Positions 23,463 to 34,660 of a stretch of DNA of 64,000 nucleotides are shown here, piece by piece. Position numbers and translations under genes: made by a program. The notes below the pieces were generated by a model. It saw nothing but the letters and a program-made list of their open reading frames with translations, did no database searches and had not been told where the DNA came from. Location of the stretch: contig JBEWZL010000236.1 in NCBI GenBank assembly GCA_045837725.1, forward strand, positions 1 to 64,000, in the 5' to 3' direction. Origin of the DNA: Vermamoeba vermiformis. Taxonomy: Eukaryota. Positions within the stretch are counted from its first letter, which is position 1. Every line of letters starts with the position of its first letter.

Positions 23463-24306
23463 TTATTTGGATGAAAGAAGAGCCTTGGCTACATCGCTAA
23501 GTTCCTTATTCGATACTTGATTTCCAAACTTAGCCAAGGCTGCTTTGATCACCTTGCCCAGATCTTTTGGTGCCGTGGCTCCAACCTCGGCAATTATCTT
23601 TTGCAGTTCTGCCTTTAACTCGTCTGTGGATAGCTGCTTAGGCAAGTATTGTTTAATAGCGTTGATTAGTGCTTCTTCTTCAGCTACGAAATCTGCTTTG
23701 TTGTGCGAGGCCATTTCTTTACGAATTTCTTCGCTCTTACCGAGCAAGTCTTTTAATACCTGTACATAGCATAGAAATATCAATATCATCGCAAATAATT
23801 AATTGCAAAGCCAGATCTAGCAAGGTACCTTCATAATTTCATCTCCTTGGATTTCCTTGCCAAACTCTTTATCGGCATATACAATTGCGTTCTTGATAGA
23901 TCTGTAGGCCTGGTTTTAAACATTAAAATGAATCAATCTAACTGAGTTCCGGAGCATACCTCGACTTTATTCTTGTCCTTGGCTTTCATTGCCGCAACTA
24001 AATTCTTTTGAATATCATCTCGAATATTTACATCTGAAAATTATTGTTAAAAGAATCCTAAACGAGATGTTAATGGAAAAATACCTGACGAATAAAATCT
24101 CTTAGAACCAAAAATACTGAAAAATAATCCACTTCGTGCATTGGATGTGCTGACTTGCTTAGTTCCTTTAGCGAGCACAGGGAGATTTTTCTAAAACGTT
24201 GTAATTAAGTTTTGCGGATTGGGGTCTGAAACATCGTGAATTCACTCACTGATACGCCAAAGGCTCTGCTTTTCGTCAACAAAGATGTGCAAATCGTACG
24301 TAGCAT
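23463..24306 (-). CDS. Mitochondrial YqeY/GatB-like protein (AIM41-like)
   Basis: Presequence-like N-terminus, then IRDDIQKNLVAAMKAKDK..YRSIKNAI..EEALINAIKQYLPKQLS..KDLGKVIKA. Confidence 0.85.
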
Positions 24307-24511
24307 CGTTGCGTTATTCAGTGCTTGTATGTTGCTACGACAAATCGGGGTGTCAAAATGAACCCAAAAGAAAACGAAGGGCAACACTGCTGACGATTCA
24401 GCATTACTACCGCACCAGTGCGCCGTTACGCAGGCATTAATAAATTTTAATTTTTTGAAACATAGCAGCTCAGCTGAAAGACGGTTCGGGATTAGGTACG
24501 TCAGGCTCCAT

Positions 24512-26596
24512 TTAAGCTTTATTTGACTTTGAATCGGGAGCTTCTAATGGAATTACAGTGTCTAATTTGCCTTGTCGCTCATCTTCAGTCAATAATTTGC
24601 GCTTGGCTTCTTGCATGCGCTTTTGAGCCATTTCTTCTTGTTGTGCGATCAAATTCGGGTCAGACATCATTTGCTTGAGGGGCGGGTACAACGAGAACGC
24701 AATATCTTGATGTTTTTGTCCTTCAATAGTCAAACCGAGCTCCGTCAATGCAGTGCTCAAGTTCAAATGCGCAGCCCAGTGATTGGGGTCAACAGCGATT
24801 GCTTTCTTGAAGCACGACACTGCCTCGCGCGTCTTGTTGACGTTGGCTAAGCAAATTCCTGGAATAAAATTGTCAGCCTATGCACGCTAGTTGTTGACGA
24901 GTTGTCGTGCTTACCGAGCTGTACATATCCATCAGTCAATGTAGGATCGATTTTAAGTGCCTTAGTTAAATAGCCCATGGCATCCATGTGCTTGTCACCT
25001 TCGTGGTAAATGACGCCAAGTTGATAATAAGCCGTGGCATCGTTCGGTTCAAACTCAATGGCGTCTTTCAGGATTGCAATCGCCTCGTCTGATCTGCCCT
25101 GTCTGTGACGCAAGTTCGCCAGAGCTTTAAACGCGTAGTTGTTGTATTGAAGTTCACCTTGCATTTGAATAATAGTCCGCTTGGCTTTGGGTGCGTTGTA
25201 CGTGCCCGATGCGACCATTGATTCTTTCTTCTTCTTGGCCAGGTCCAATGCCTCGAGGAACAATATTTCAGCGGCCCTTTCATTGCCCTGCTCCAGTTGC
25301 AGCATGCCCACATTGACACGTGCCTCAATCATCTCAGGGTCTTGTTCCAATGCGCGTCTGTACATCATCATGGCTTCTTGCGAGACTTGACGCGGCTGTG
25401 TGGGATCACTACTGGCAGCTGTTAACTGTTCGTAGGCCTCACCAATGAAGACCATCAAACGAGGGTTCTCAGGGAATCGGTCAAGTCCTTGGTTCAACAC
25501 TTCCAAACCTGCTTCTGAATTTCTTGACTTGTTGTTGGCCATCGCGAGATTGACGTAGACATTGACCAAATCATCGGCAGTGAGTCCGTACTTTGATTTC
25601 ATATCTGCATCGGATATTTGTTTATCTTGCGCCAAGACGTTGACGGCGAGTTGATAGTGATAGACTGCATCGCTCCACTTGTGACTGAGCTGATAGAGGT
25701 TGCCGAGGTTGTTGTGTGCTTGCAAGTTGTTGCTGTTGATTGAAATCGCGCGCTCTAATAGTGCCTTGGCCTCGTCATTCTTGTTCAACTGTGCCATCAC
25801 CATGCCCAGCTGGTTGTAGGCTCGATCGTGCTGCGGATCCAACAGGAGTGCTTTCTCTAATGCCTTTTGAGCGGCCTCTAAATCATTGACGGCGTGAAGG
25901 GCGTATCCGAGGGCGAAGTAAGTCTCAGCCAAGTCGCCGTGCACTGAAGTACGGTCGTTCTCGTTGGTGGCATCAATGGCACGACGGTAATACTCAATGC
26001 AGTCCTTGTACTTCTCAATCATCAATAATCCGTCGCCAATTTTCTTCAATGTGTCGATCTTCTCGTTGAGTGGCATTGACTCTTCGGATTTGACGCGTGC
26101 AATGAGTTGTTCGAGGGCAGGACGTGTCAATGAAGTTCTGGAATTGAATGCAGCTGAAGAGAGGTAGCGTGCACAAGAATAGCTTGTAGGTATCTTGTTA
26201 TGTAGAACAATCTGCACTCGATGAGTAACTAGCATTCGGAAACTCAGTTCTTACCTTTTGGGTTGATCCAGATCCGAATCCAGCAAACATTGATTTTCGA
26301 TCCTTCTCTGCGTTAAATATTAGTATATTATATTTGAATATTTTCACGTACGTTTAGAATAGCTACGAAGGCTTTGTAAGGTTACATTGTGGCCGATCGC
26401 ATTCTAAAAATTAACCAGTCATTAGAAGGCGACAGAATATTATGGCAGTCTCTTATAATTTTATATTAATATTTATTCGCCCAATTATAATTAAATATAG
26501 TATTAGCCAAGGCGATCTGGCACTTACCTTCCCCTTTGTGATGTTAGCAGTGACTCGACAAACCGAGCTCAGTAATTTTTTAGAACTATGAAGCAT
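24512..26596 (-). CDS. Multi-TPR protein with presequence-like N-terminus
   Basis: Many 34-aa TPR units (AYNQLGMV..EAKALLERAISIN; AYYQLGVIY..ALKIDP). The 5' exon boundaries are less certain. Confidence 0.82.
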
Positions 26597-26746
26597 GGCT
26601 AATAATATATAATACAGCTAACGCGATCAGCGATTTCTGTCGATCGTTTCTGCCGCGTTGAAAAACTAAACTCACTCGCATTTTTTGCGTGTTTCTTGCC
26701 GTGCAACCGAAGAACAACAGCACACTAGCTTATAAATATAATATCA

Positions 26747-27920
26747 ATGGCCACTACAGTTAATTTGAAGGAATTGACACCGATCGAGTTGGATCGTTTG
26801 TCGATTGAGAAAGGCGAAGTCTTTGCTGAGGAATGGCGAGGAGGCGTATATAAATGTGCTGGTTGTCAAAATACTCTCTACAGGTACGATATGAGCTATT
26901 GCAGACCTCGTGGTGATTTTACAGATTTAATCCAATTTTTCAATAATTATTTTCTCAACTGCTTGTATTTAAAGAGAGATTAGTCGCCATTTAAAATTCA
27001 TAATAATAATTTAGTATAATACAGATCACAAGATAAATTCCGTGCTCGTGGAAGCTGGCCCGCTTTCCGAAAAGCAGCCACGGAGAATGAATCTGTTGAA
27101 ATTCAAGAAGACTTTTCATTCGGTTTACAACGCAAAGAGATTTTGTGCAAGAAGGTATATTAACAGCCAATAATCTATTAAATTTTACAACTTTTCTGAC
27201 AATCTTCTTAGTGCGGCTTGCATGTTGGTCACTTGTTTGCAGACGGCAAAGCTGCCGGTAAGTAATCATTCATATATTATTGATATCTAGACGTGTCCTA
27301 TACACGAGCACCGCTATTAGTACCTCGATGGCTTGTAGTAGTTAGTAACATTATGTGCTCGAACAGGTGACAATCACGCTGAAGCTGGCAACAGACACTG
27401 CGTGCTCTCCATTGTTTTAGAATTCACCGAAGACCCTTCCATCCCCGCCACAGTGCCTCAAACTCTTGAAGGTATGTACACACGTGAAGCACACGTGCCA
27501 CATGCCACGAGTGGATCCTTCAAGTAGATCGAGTCTCGTCGTTTTACTTTATGCTTCCTAATGCTTTCTTCACTCTTGATCCTCATTGAGACGTGACTAT
27601 TAATATGTTCATCCGATCTGCGCCGTACTAATATAATGTTTCATGCAGACAATGTGCGTGACAACTTTGACTCCGAAAGCGAGGGTGAGGAAATTGTTGA
27701 CACCAAGCCCACCACCGCAGAGCCCAAGAAGCCCAGCACCACATCAAGCACAAGCACTAAGCCCAAGACTAAGCGACCAAAGAAACCTCGCGCTGAAAAG
27801 CCTGAGGAAGAAGAGGGCGGATCCATTCTCACCTACGCCACTCCTGTTTTGCTTTTGGCCGCTACTGGTTTGATCGTCTTCTCTGTGTATAAATATGTTT
27901 GGGCCAACAAGAACAAATAA
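26747..27920 (+). CDS. msrB: Methionine-R-sulfoxide reductase MsrB with C-terminal membrane anchor
   Basis: Motifs GVYKCAGC..LY.S.DKF..SWPAF, EILCKKCGLHVGHLFADG and RHCVLS. An acidic/basic linker is followed by TM ILTYATPVLLLAATGLIVFSVY. Confidence 0.85.
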
Positions 27921-28056
27921 GCCCTAAGTACCTCGTTTGTATTCAGTTGCTATAAATTATTGAGCACGAAAAAAACTTTTTGTAACTACAATCAACGCCA
28001 CTGGCATAAGATATCGACGAGTTACCTCTTTTATGTACCGCAGTACTCATGCCTAG

Positions 28057-28142
28057 CACGTGCGTCAGTGGACACGTGGGGGCAATAACTTCCTGGAAAA
28101 GGCAAGGTATTTTTTCCCGGAATCCGTTGAGTTTGACACGTG
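28057..28142. promoter_or_regulatory. Three CACGTG (E-box/G-box) palindromes upstream of UNG
   Basis: CACGTG at 28057, 28073 and 28137, within 175 bp of the UNG ATG. The same hexamer lies upstream of several other genes in the window. Function is inferred. Confidence 0.4.
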
Positions 28143-28229
28143 ATTGCTAAAACAAAAACGGATAAAATCTCCTGTAGCTCGCCAATTTTATCCCAAGCAC
28201 AATCAATATTTTCGTTTTACCCAAAGCGT

Positions 28230-29418
28230 ATGAGCACATCTGGCACTATGCAAAAGACTTTAGATTCCTTCTTTGGTGGAGGCAAGCGAGCTGCGACTGA
28301 AGCTCCTGAAGGGGAGAAAGCTCCCAAAAAACAAAAGACCGACAGTGGCGATAAAACTAAGGCAGCCGTAGACGACAGTGATTTGGATCCTGTTGTCGCC
28401 GAGTATGTGGGCTATCTGCAAGATCCTGGTTGGAAGGAAGCACTTATGCCTGAATTTAAGAAGCCGTATTTTAAACAATTAATCCACTTCATCAAAGGTA
28501 TTATCGCATTTTTTGCTAATTATGAATATTTAAATATTTTTTTTGACCGTTTTTTTGTGATTTCCACTAGGCGAAAGAGATCGAGGCGCTACTGTTTATC
28601 CTCCTACACCTCAAATATTTAATGCATTTAACTACTGCCCTTTGGATAATGTAAAAATCGTCTTGTTCGGTCAAGGTAAGCTGACATTTGATATGCTGAT
28701 CACGCGACGCGAGGCTAACTCCCTTTGTAGACCCATATCACGGTCCTGGTCAGGCGCACGGACTTTCATTCTCTGTTCAACACGGTGTGCCTCCTCCACC
28801 TTCATTGAAGAACATCTACAAGTAAGTTCTGCGGTCAATCTGGTCTCTGAGCATTGATCTTACCTCATTCTAAACAGAGAACTTAAGACCGACATCAAGG
28901 GCTTCAAAGAGCCCAAGCACGGTTACTTGGAGAAGTGGGCTCGCCAAGGTGTGCTGTTGCTCAACGCGGTGCTGACTGTCGAACGAGCCACGCCCAACAG
29001 CCACGCCAAGAAGGGCTGGGAACAGTTCACCGATGCTGCACTCAAGAAGGTTAACACTGATCGCGAGTCAGTCGTATTCTTCTTGTGGGGCAATTATGCG
29101 CAGAAGAAAGAGCCTTTAATCAACAAGGGCAAACATCTCGTGCTCAAATCTGGTCACCCTTCCCCACTCTCGGTCAAACATTTCTTGGGCTGCAAGCACT
29201 TCTCCAAGGCCAACGAATTTTTGCAAAAGAAGGGCTTGGATCCTATTGACTGGCAGTTAGATGTTGAAGACTCAGGAGCTGGTGTAAACGACAGCACAGA
29301 TGTGGAACAAACGCCAAAGAAAAAAGCACCCGCAGCTGCCGCTAAAAAGGCTGCACCGAAGAAGAAGGCAAAGGACGACTCCGAAGAAGCACCTGAAGAA
29401 GAGGAAGACGATGAGTAA
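28230..29418 (+). CDS. UNG: Uracil-DNA glycosylase, family 1, with N-terminal PIP box
   Basis: PIP box QKTLDSFF; motifs [29 protein letters not shown] and HPSPLS. Confidence 0.95.
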
Positions 29419-29683
29419 TTAAAGAGCATGTAATATTGTATTTATAATTTTTGGCGATTAAATAATTATTATTTCTAAGTAGAGCTTGAGATCTGCGCTT
29501 GATCACCGTTTAGGCACATCGTACCTTCGGCGAGCAACGGAATTGTTGTGCCAAATTCTTTTTCCTCAAATTGGCTATCGTTACTCGGAATTATTGTGGC
29601 CCTGGTAGAAAACGACAAGCATAAATAGCTAATTCCTGGGCGGTACTTTGCTACAAACATATCTTAACAATTAACACAACGCA

Positions 29684-31755
29684 ATGGCTGCCTTTGCTAA
29701 ATCAGTATTATTGGCTGAGACCTACGACGAGGAGATGGACCCCACTGGCTGGTGGATCTCGGAAAAGCTGGATGGTGTAAGTTGCTCTTTATCCTTCGAG
29801 CCTTTCCATAAATTAATTTATTATTATCAGGTTAGAGCATATTGGAACGGTTCTAATTTCTATAGCCGTTCAGGAAATATGTTTTACGCGCCCAAGTCTT
29901 TTACAAAAGATCTGCCAAAATGCGCGTTGGACGGTGAATTATGGTACGTAATATATTAATTGGCTCGGGTGGGAATTTGATCGTGGCTAACGAATATTTA
30001 AAACGGATCAGGTGCGGACGCGGTTTATTTCAAAAATGCGTTTCTATCGTCAAAACGAAGAAAAATGTTTCAGAAGAGGACTGGAAATATGTGACTTACC
30101 TCGTATTTGATGCTCCAGACCAACCGGTAATTGAATTTTTACTGATTTTTTTTTTAATCAAAGTAACCGTTACTGGAAATCAATCGTTTAAATTCGTTAT
30201 TTCGTATAAAAATAGTGCTAACTATTTACGATCGTGATGCTAATATGCAATTTTAGGGACCTTACGAAGATCGTGTCAAGTATTTGAAATCCATCATTAA
30301 CCCACAAAAGAAAACTACGTTTGCCGCTGTTGTTGGCATTAAAAAATGCGAGGGACCAGAGCACTTGCAAAAATGTCTTGATGAGGTCATTAAGCTCGGC
30401 GGAGAAGGTTTAATGCTTCGTAAACCTGGCTCCAAGTACGCGCACGGCAGATCCAACACTCTGTTGAAGGCAAGTTCAATTACTATTATCAATTAGGGTA
30501 TATTTACTAATAGACTACAATTAGGTCAAAACTTTCCACGACGAAGAAGCGAAGGTTATTGGCTACGAAAAAGGTGAAGGTCGCTTGGCCGGCATGATGG
30601 GCGCACTCAAATGTGTTTTGTAAGTGGCACACAGGGCTCTTATATAGACACAATACTAATACCCGACAGGACCAATGGTGTCGAGTTCAAGATTGGCACT
30701 GGTTTCAACGACGATCAACGCCGCAAGCCTCCCAAGATTGGTAGCATCGTGACCTTCAAGTACCAAGAACTTTCAAACGATGGCAATCCTAGGTACGTCG
30801 TAGTGTTATTCTATATTGCAGTGGGTATTAATAGCGCGTGTGATAGATTCCCTGCGTATTTGAGAGAGCGTACTGATGTCACTTGGGCTGATGTGCTCGA
30901 GGCCGCGAAGACCAAGCCGCCATTCAGCACCAAGAAGAAGGTCGTGCCTGCCTTGAAGAAACAACACACCATCATGTTTTCGACTGTTCCTTCGTTGGAT
31001 CCCGTAAGTACCTCGCCACTTGAAAGCATGCGCGATGTAACTAACTTGTTGGCCACTAGGAAACTGGAGAAAAAGTCGTGACTGAAGATGATGTTCACGA
31101 TGACGGAGGTAACGACAGCAACGATGAAGCCGATGCAGCCAAGGGCAACACTAAGACAGCCAGCAACGCCAAGCCTGCGTGCAAGTACGGTGCTTCGTGC
31201 TATCAAACTAACGCCGTGCACTTGGCCAACTTCTCGCACCCGCCCAAACCTCAAGCCAGCGCTCCTGCCACACCTAAGGCCGCGAACAACAACAAGAAGA
31301 GTGCTCCCAAGGACGAAGAAGAGAATTCGCAGGGCAGCGGCAACAACACCAACACGCAGAAAACACCGTGCAAGTTCGGTGCAGCGTGCTACCAGACTTC
31401 AGCTTTTCATTTGAGCAAGTACTCGCACCCACCTAAGGGCACACCTGTCGATGAAGGCGAGAAGTTGACGCAAGAAGAGATCAAAGAGTTCAAGGGCCTG
31501 GACGACGAGGACGACAATGCCAGCGCGCAAGAAGAGACCGTGACCATCTCCAAGCGCGAGTACGAAGACCTCAAGTTCCAGTTGCAGGCATCGGAAGAGC
31601 GCGTTGCTAAATTAGAAGAGATCATTAAGACCATTCGAGGCAGTGTCACTGATGTTGACACGAACAAGGGCACATCCGCGGACAAGAAGCGCAAGTTGGA
31701 TCAGTCCGCTGAAATGCCTCCTCAAAAGAAATCGAAGCCTAACAGCATCTTGTAA
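29684..31755 (+). CDS. Minimal ATP-dependent DNA ligase (Chlorella-virus/Lig E-like) with two C-terminal PBZ zinc fingers
   Basis: Motifs WWISEKLDGVRAYWNG, LDGELW, YLVFDAP, GGEGLMLR, GRSNTLLKVK, FKIGTGF and PRFP. Two CxYGxxCYxxxxxHxxxxSHP fingers, a coiled coil and a bipartite NLS follow. Confidence 0.92.
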
Positions 31756-32025
31756 TATATTATATTGTTGATTGGCCATAAATGTATCGTAGATACGATT
31801 TTACCTATCTAGATCTTGTACCCCCTCGCCGTCATGTTTCGGGTATCTAATATCCTACAGAATCTTCATTAGTTTGAGCTGTCAAGATAATTTTTTATTG
31901 ATTTGCAGTGATTCTTCGCGTTATTTCCTCCACAGAAAAAATGTCGCAATGTTTGACACGCATGTCAAGCAACGTGCCGCGCAGTATCTTTATTAAATCA
32001 GTATCTTTTGCAGTAACAACAAGTC

Positions 32026-33303
32026 ATGAAAGTCATCATAGTAAGTGCAGTACTTTTTGTACTCGTGGCTGTTTCAAACGCGTTAACGTAAGTTACAACA
32101 AATCCAGCGCAATTGCGTTGCTTTTTCTTTCAGAGTAATATAAGAAAATCAACTTCGCAATTCTATTATCTTACACCTATTTAATACCTTGCTACGATTT
32201 GTACTAACAAACAAACATGTACAGAGCAACTCAAATAACTCAAGTGGTCAGCGCCCACAACGCGGAAAGAGCGTTAGTTGGCCTCGGACCAGTTACTTAT
32301 AATACATCTATCGAGCGTAAGTACAATTGCTGATTAATTTGGAATTTTTTCGAACCGTAACAATACCAACGAATTGATCCGAAACAGAGACCGCTCAAAG
32401 TTATGTTAATGGCTGCCCTTCTGGTCATAGTGGTACTGCAGATTTAGGCGAGAATATTTATTGGGGCTCTTCTCAAGATCTAACCTCAGCTGTCCAATTA
32501 TGGTCCTCTGGTGAGTGTCAATTCTTTTTATCCTGCGAGCACCATAATTAACCTGGTGGCGACAGAAAAACAATACTGGGACTGCGCGACCAATCAGTGC
32601 TGCAAGAGCGGTCAATGTAGTTGGAGCTATTGTGGCCATTACACGCAAGTTGTCTGGTACTCAAGCACGCAGATCGGTTGCGGTAAGTCCGGCCAGAGCG
32701 AAATTTTTTTTGATGAGGTCAAGCAATAACGCGATTCTTCAGGCATCAAGCTTTGCGGCAGTTCGTACACGGTTATCTGCAACTACTAGTAAGTACCGGA
32801 GTTGTGTTTGGGTTCTCAGGTTCTTATTAACTCTGTGTAGTCGTCCAGGTAATTTCAACTGCAATCCGTTCTGCAACCCGCAAGTGGCTCAATGTCCGAG
32901 TACACCTGTCGCGGCACCCAAAGCTACTCCCGTGGCAGCCCCTGTCTCACCACCACGTGCCACACCTGTTGCGACACCAGTGGCCCCTCCTCGCGCCACA
33001 CCAGTCGCTGCTCCTAAAGCCGTGCCTGTTGCCGCACCTGTCGCACCACCGCGTGCTACACCTGTCGCCTCTCCCAAGTCCGCCCCTGTTGCCACCCCTC
33101 GCGCAGCACCTGTTGCAGTAACTCCCACCGACAGTGGCGCAGTCCCTCAATCCGATGCTCCTGTTGACAGCACTGCCCCTCACAGCACGAGCACTCCTAG
33201 CGCTGGAAAGACGAACGGCCCTCAAGCTGCTGGTTCACTCACCAGTGGCTCGCCGCAACTAGTCAGCAGTGCTGTTGCCATCATACTGTTCGCATTATTG
33301 TAA
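32026..33303 (+). CDS. Secreted CAP/SCP/PR-1 domain protein with Pro/Ala/Thr stalk and GPI-like C-terminal signal
   Basis: Signal peptide; motifs HNAER, GENIYW, CGHYTQVVW and VICNY; hydrophobic C-terminus VSSAVAIILFALL. Confidence 0.9.
32905..33120 (+). repeat. Degenerate coding tandem repeat (PVAxP / PPRATPV units)
   Basis: PVAAPKATPVAAPVSPPRATPVATPVAPPRATPVAAPKAVPVAAPVAPPRATPVASPK; a mucin/AGP-like stalk. Confidence 0.8.
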
Positions 33304-33437
33304 AACATCTGTACATTAAACTTACTGCGATCTCCTCGGTCATTTTGTCCAAAAATGGAAGAAACAATTGCGCGTGGTCGGAGATTTTGTTCGTCCGTTG
33401 ATATACTTACCCAGACGTATACAACACCACAACAAAC

Positions 33438-34526
33438 ATGCTTACTCGTCAATTAGTTAACTTGAGCCGCAAGGGTAGCAGATTCTACTCTACCGGCACC
33501 AATCTCCTCACCAAGCCCTTGACTTTGCGTAATGTGAGCAAAGAAGGCAAGATTACTTCTGACCAACTCTTCAAAGGAAAGAAGGTATGGATACATCATA
33601 GTTGAGAGACGAAAATTATGTAGATATTTGGATGGAGAACTTTTTCTACAAGCAAAGTTTTCAAAATAATTTCTGCTCCAGAAATTACCCTCTTAATTTG
33701 TTAGATACTACGTGGAGCAATTTATAATTCATCACGATTTTTTTCAATTTTTTTCATTTTATTCTAACTTTAATTTACCTTCCCTTTCTATTATCATCCA
33801 TTAATTAACGCTTTTAAGGTTGTTGTTGTTGGTCTCCCCGGAGCCTTCACTCCTGTCTGCACTTCTGGTCACGTAAGTGTCGTTTTCATTCTCTCATGAG
33901 TTGGCTGCGATCCATTTGAGATTCTGTTGAGAGGGAGGATAGGACTATAAGAAAACGGCATAAAAATATTCATATATTTGCGTGTTTAGAACGTATAAAC
34001 GTCTTTTTGACGTCGATCCGTGACACGAGATTTCTTCATTCAGCCTGTACCTAGTAGTATTAATACTGAGATAATATACAGGTCCCCGGATACCTCAAGT
34101 TGGCCAATGAGTTCAAGAACAAGGGCATTGACAAGGTCGCTGTTGTCTCCGTGAATGATCACCACGTCATGAAGGCTTGGGGCGAACAACTCAAAGTGAA
34201 CGACGCTGTAAGTCACGCAATTATATTACTAATATTTAGTTATTATACTAATCGCGTACGCAGCTCGAATTGATCGCTGATCAAGACGGTGCATTCACTC
34301 GTCAAGTCGGTCAAGAAGTGGATCTCACTGAAGCTGGTCTTGGCAAGCGCTCCAAGAGGTACGCCATAATATATTATAGTAGTATGATTGTCATGACTCA
34401 CGAGTACTATCACTCCGCAGATACGCCATGTTGGTCGACAACGGTGTAGTCAAGAAGGTGTTCGTTGAAGAGAGCCCGGGCAAATTGTCTGTTTCCGCTG
34501 CTGAAGAGATGTTGAAGAACCTGTAA
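33438..34526 (+). CDS. PRDX5: Peroxiredoxin-5/type II peroxiredoxin, likely mitochondrial
   Basis: Motifs [40 protein letters not shown] and LGKRSKRYAMLVDNGVVK, with a presequence. Only the peroxidatic Cys is present. Confidence 0.93.
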
Positions 34527-34660
34527 GGTGAACCAATCATTTCGTTTTCTTTAAAATTTAAAAACTAGCCGTTTTTTTTTTGCCGCCTTTTCTTCTTTAT
34601 TCCGAGCTTTTTTTTCATTCCGACTTTCAGAGAGCAACAACAAACACAAACACAACACAA

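Noticed and set aside
26747-27470. Selenocysteine (TGA) recoding in MsrB or in the SelO-like gene
   Set aside because: The MsrB catalytic residue is a TGC Cys, the spliced frames contain no in-frame TGA, and no SECIS was recognised.
32905-33120. CRISPR-like or satellite repeat
   Set aside because: The repeat is conserved at the amino-acid level with synonymous variation and has no repeat-spacer structure.
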